Shown: positions 62,672 to 64,000 of the stretch, piece after piece
Numbering within the stretch: the stretch's first letter is position 1
How the letters are laid out: the number at the start of each line of letters is the position of its first letter
Position numbers and translations under genes: made by a program
Assembly (NCBI GenBank): GCA_965200315.1
Contig: OZ241362.1
Coordinates: forward strand, 3,040,001-3,104,000
Source: Candidatus Latescibacterota bacterium
GTDB lineage: Bacteria > Latescibacterota > UBA2968 > UBA8231
DNA: 64,000 nt
Direction of reading: 5' to 3'
The notes under the pieces: generated by a model
What the model saw: the letters and a program-made list of their open reading frames with translations, nothing else
Database searches by the model: none
Told to the model about the DNA's origin: nothing

Positions 62672-64000
62672 CTAGCCTTGCCAGTCGGGATTGGGTTGGG
62701 GGATTTGGGCTTCCACTTTTTCGCGCCACTCGCGCAACAGCCCGTGTAGCCGGTCGCGGATTTGCGGCATTTGCTCGGCTAGGTTGTGCTCCTCGCCGAG
62801 GTCGTCGCGCAGGTTGTACAGTTCCAGCCGCCCGTCTTCAAAAAATTCGATCAGCTTGTAGTCGCCGGAGCGCACGGACGAGCCGGGCGTGCCGCCCTGA
62901 TTGCCGTAGTGCGGGTAGTGCCAAAAGATAGCTTCGCGCTCAATGGACTCGGCCCCGCGCATAAGCGGCGCGATGCTGGTGCCGTCGCAATGCTGGGCGG
63001 GGATGGGGTCCAAGCCGGCCAATTCGAGGATCGTCGGGTAGAAGTCCGGGCTAGTTACCGGGACGGGACAGGTGCTGCCAGCGGCGACTCGGCCGGGCCA
63101 GCGCACTAGCAAGGGTTCGCGGGTGCCGCCCTCGTACATCCAGCCCTTGCCCTCGGCTAGCGGCGCGTTGCAGGTCGGCGAGCTTTCGGAGGTGGCGAGG
63201 CCGCCGTTGTCGGAGGTGAAAAACACGACGGTATTGTCGGACTCGCCGAGCGCGTCGAGGAGGTTGAAGAGGCGGCCCAAGTTTTCGTCGAGGCTCTCAA
63301 TCATGGCCGCATAGACCGGATCGGATTGGATGAGCCGCCGTTTGACGCGCTGATCTTGCTTGTGCTCGCAGGGGAAGTACTCCCCCTCGGCAAAGGCTTC
63401 GACTTGATCCAAGCCCAAGGCGCGGACTTTGGCTTCGTACTTGGCGATTTTTTCTCGTTTGGCTTGGATCGGCGTGTGGACTGTATAGTACCAGAGATTC
63501 AAAAAGAAGGGCCGCTCGTCCCGGTTGTTCACCAAGTCGAGTGCTTGGTCGGTCAGGTAGTCGGTTAGGTACGTGCCCTCTGGGACATCGGCATCGGCGA
63601 GCGGAGGGATGGTCCAAGGGCTGAAGTACCCACCCGGCCCCGGCGAGCCTTGGTACGCGCCGCCAATGTTGGCCTCAAAGCCGTGGTCTTCGGGCAGGTG
63701 CCCGTCGCCGCCCAAGTGCCACTTGCCTACGTGCCATGTCTGATAGCCGCCCTCGTTGAGGGCGCGGGCCAGCGAGTGTTCTTGAGTCGGAAGCTGCTTG
63801 AGATACGGCACATCAACGAGCTGGCCATGCGCCGGGTGGATGTGCCCATGCACGTCGATCCAGTCGGTGATGCCGACGGTGGCCGGGTACTTGCCGGTGA
63901 GGATGCTGGCGCGGGTCGGCGAGCAGACCGGGCAGGCCGCGTACGCGTCGGTAAAGCGCATGCCCTCGCGGGCGAGGCGGTCGATGTTGGGCGTTTCGTA
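62672..64000 (-). CDS. Sulfatase (5' end outside window)
   Basis: CSPTRAS, GKWHLG, TSDNGG, YEGGTREP. Confidence 0.95.
   Translation of the reverse strand, partial: YETPNIDRLAREGMRFTDAYAACPVCSPTRASILTGKYPATVGITDWIDVHGHIHPAHGQLVDVPYLKQLPTQEHSLARALNEGGYQTWHVGKWHLGGDGHLPEDHGFEANIGGAYQGSPGPGGYFSPWTIPPLADADVPEGTYLTDYLTDQALDLVNNRDERPFFLNLWYYTVHTPIQAKREKIAKYEAKVRALGLDQVEAFAEGEYFPCEHKQDQRVKRRLIQSDPVYAAMIESLDENLGRLFNLLDALGESDNTVVFFTSDNGGLATSESSPTCNAPLAEGKGWMYEGGTREPLLVRWPGRVAAGSTCPVPVTSPDFYPTILELAGLDPIPAQHCDGTSIAPLMRGAESIEREAIFWHYPHYGNQGGTPGSSVRSGDYKLIEFFEDGRLELYNLRDDLGEEHNLAEQMPQIRDRLHGLLREWREKVEAQIPQPNPDWQG

Overview
This is a GC-rich bacterial chromosomal window. Its backbone is catabolic: four PhyH-family dioxygenases, Gfo/Idh/MocA oxidoreductases, two sulfatases, a GH99-like hydrolase, a BNR/sialidase and UxuA, a gene mix reminiscent of Latescibacterota/Poribacteria-type genomes (inference). 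Several accessory or defence loci interrupt it. (1) A 10.6-kb island (10803-21422) is bounded by a perfect 66-bp direct repeat of the 3' end of a cyclase-family gene. It carries a tightly packed seven-gene operon (five of six junctions have overlapping stop/start codons): three full-length dynamin-like GTPases, a probable catalytically dead fourth dynamin G-domain with an acidic tandem repeat, a membrane-anchored coiled-coil protein and two small orphans. This is the best candidate for an undescribed system. (2) A lower-GC four-gene locus encodes a C5 DNA methyltransferase, a MORC/GHKL ATPase-histidine kinase fusion, a receiver-domain protein and an orphan. (3) A Hen1/Pnkp RNA repair pair and a type IIG/ISP-like R-M gene both carry frameshifts. 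The window also has a family of TATAGCAA-ended MITE-like elements, short palindromes inserted in-frame into proteins, and many deleted gene scraps. No rRNA, tRNA or CRISPR array was recognised.
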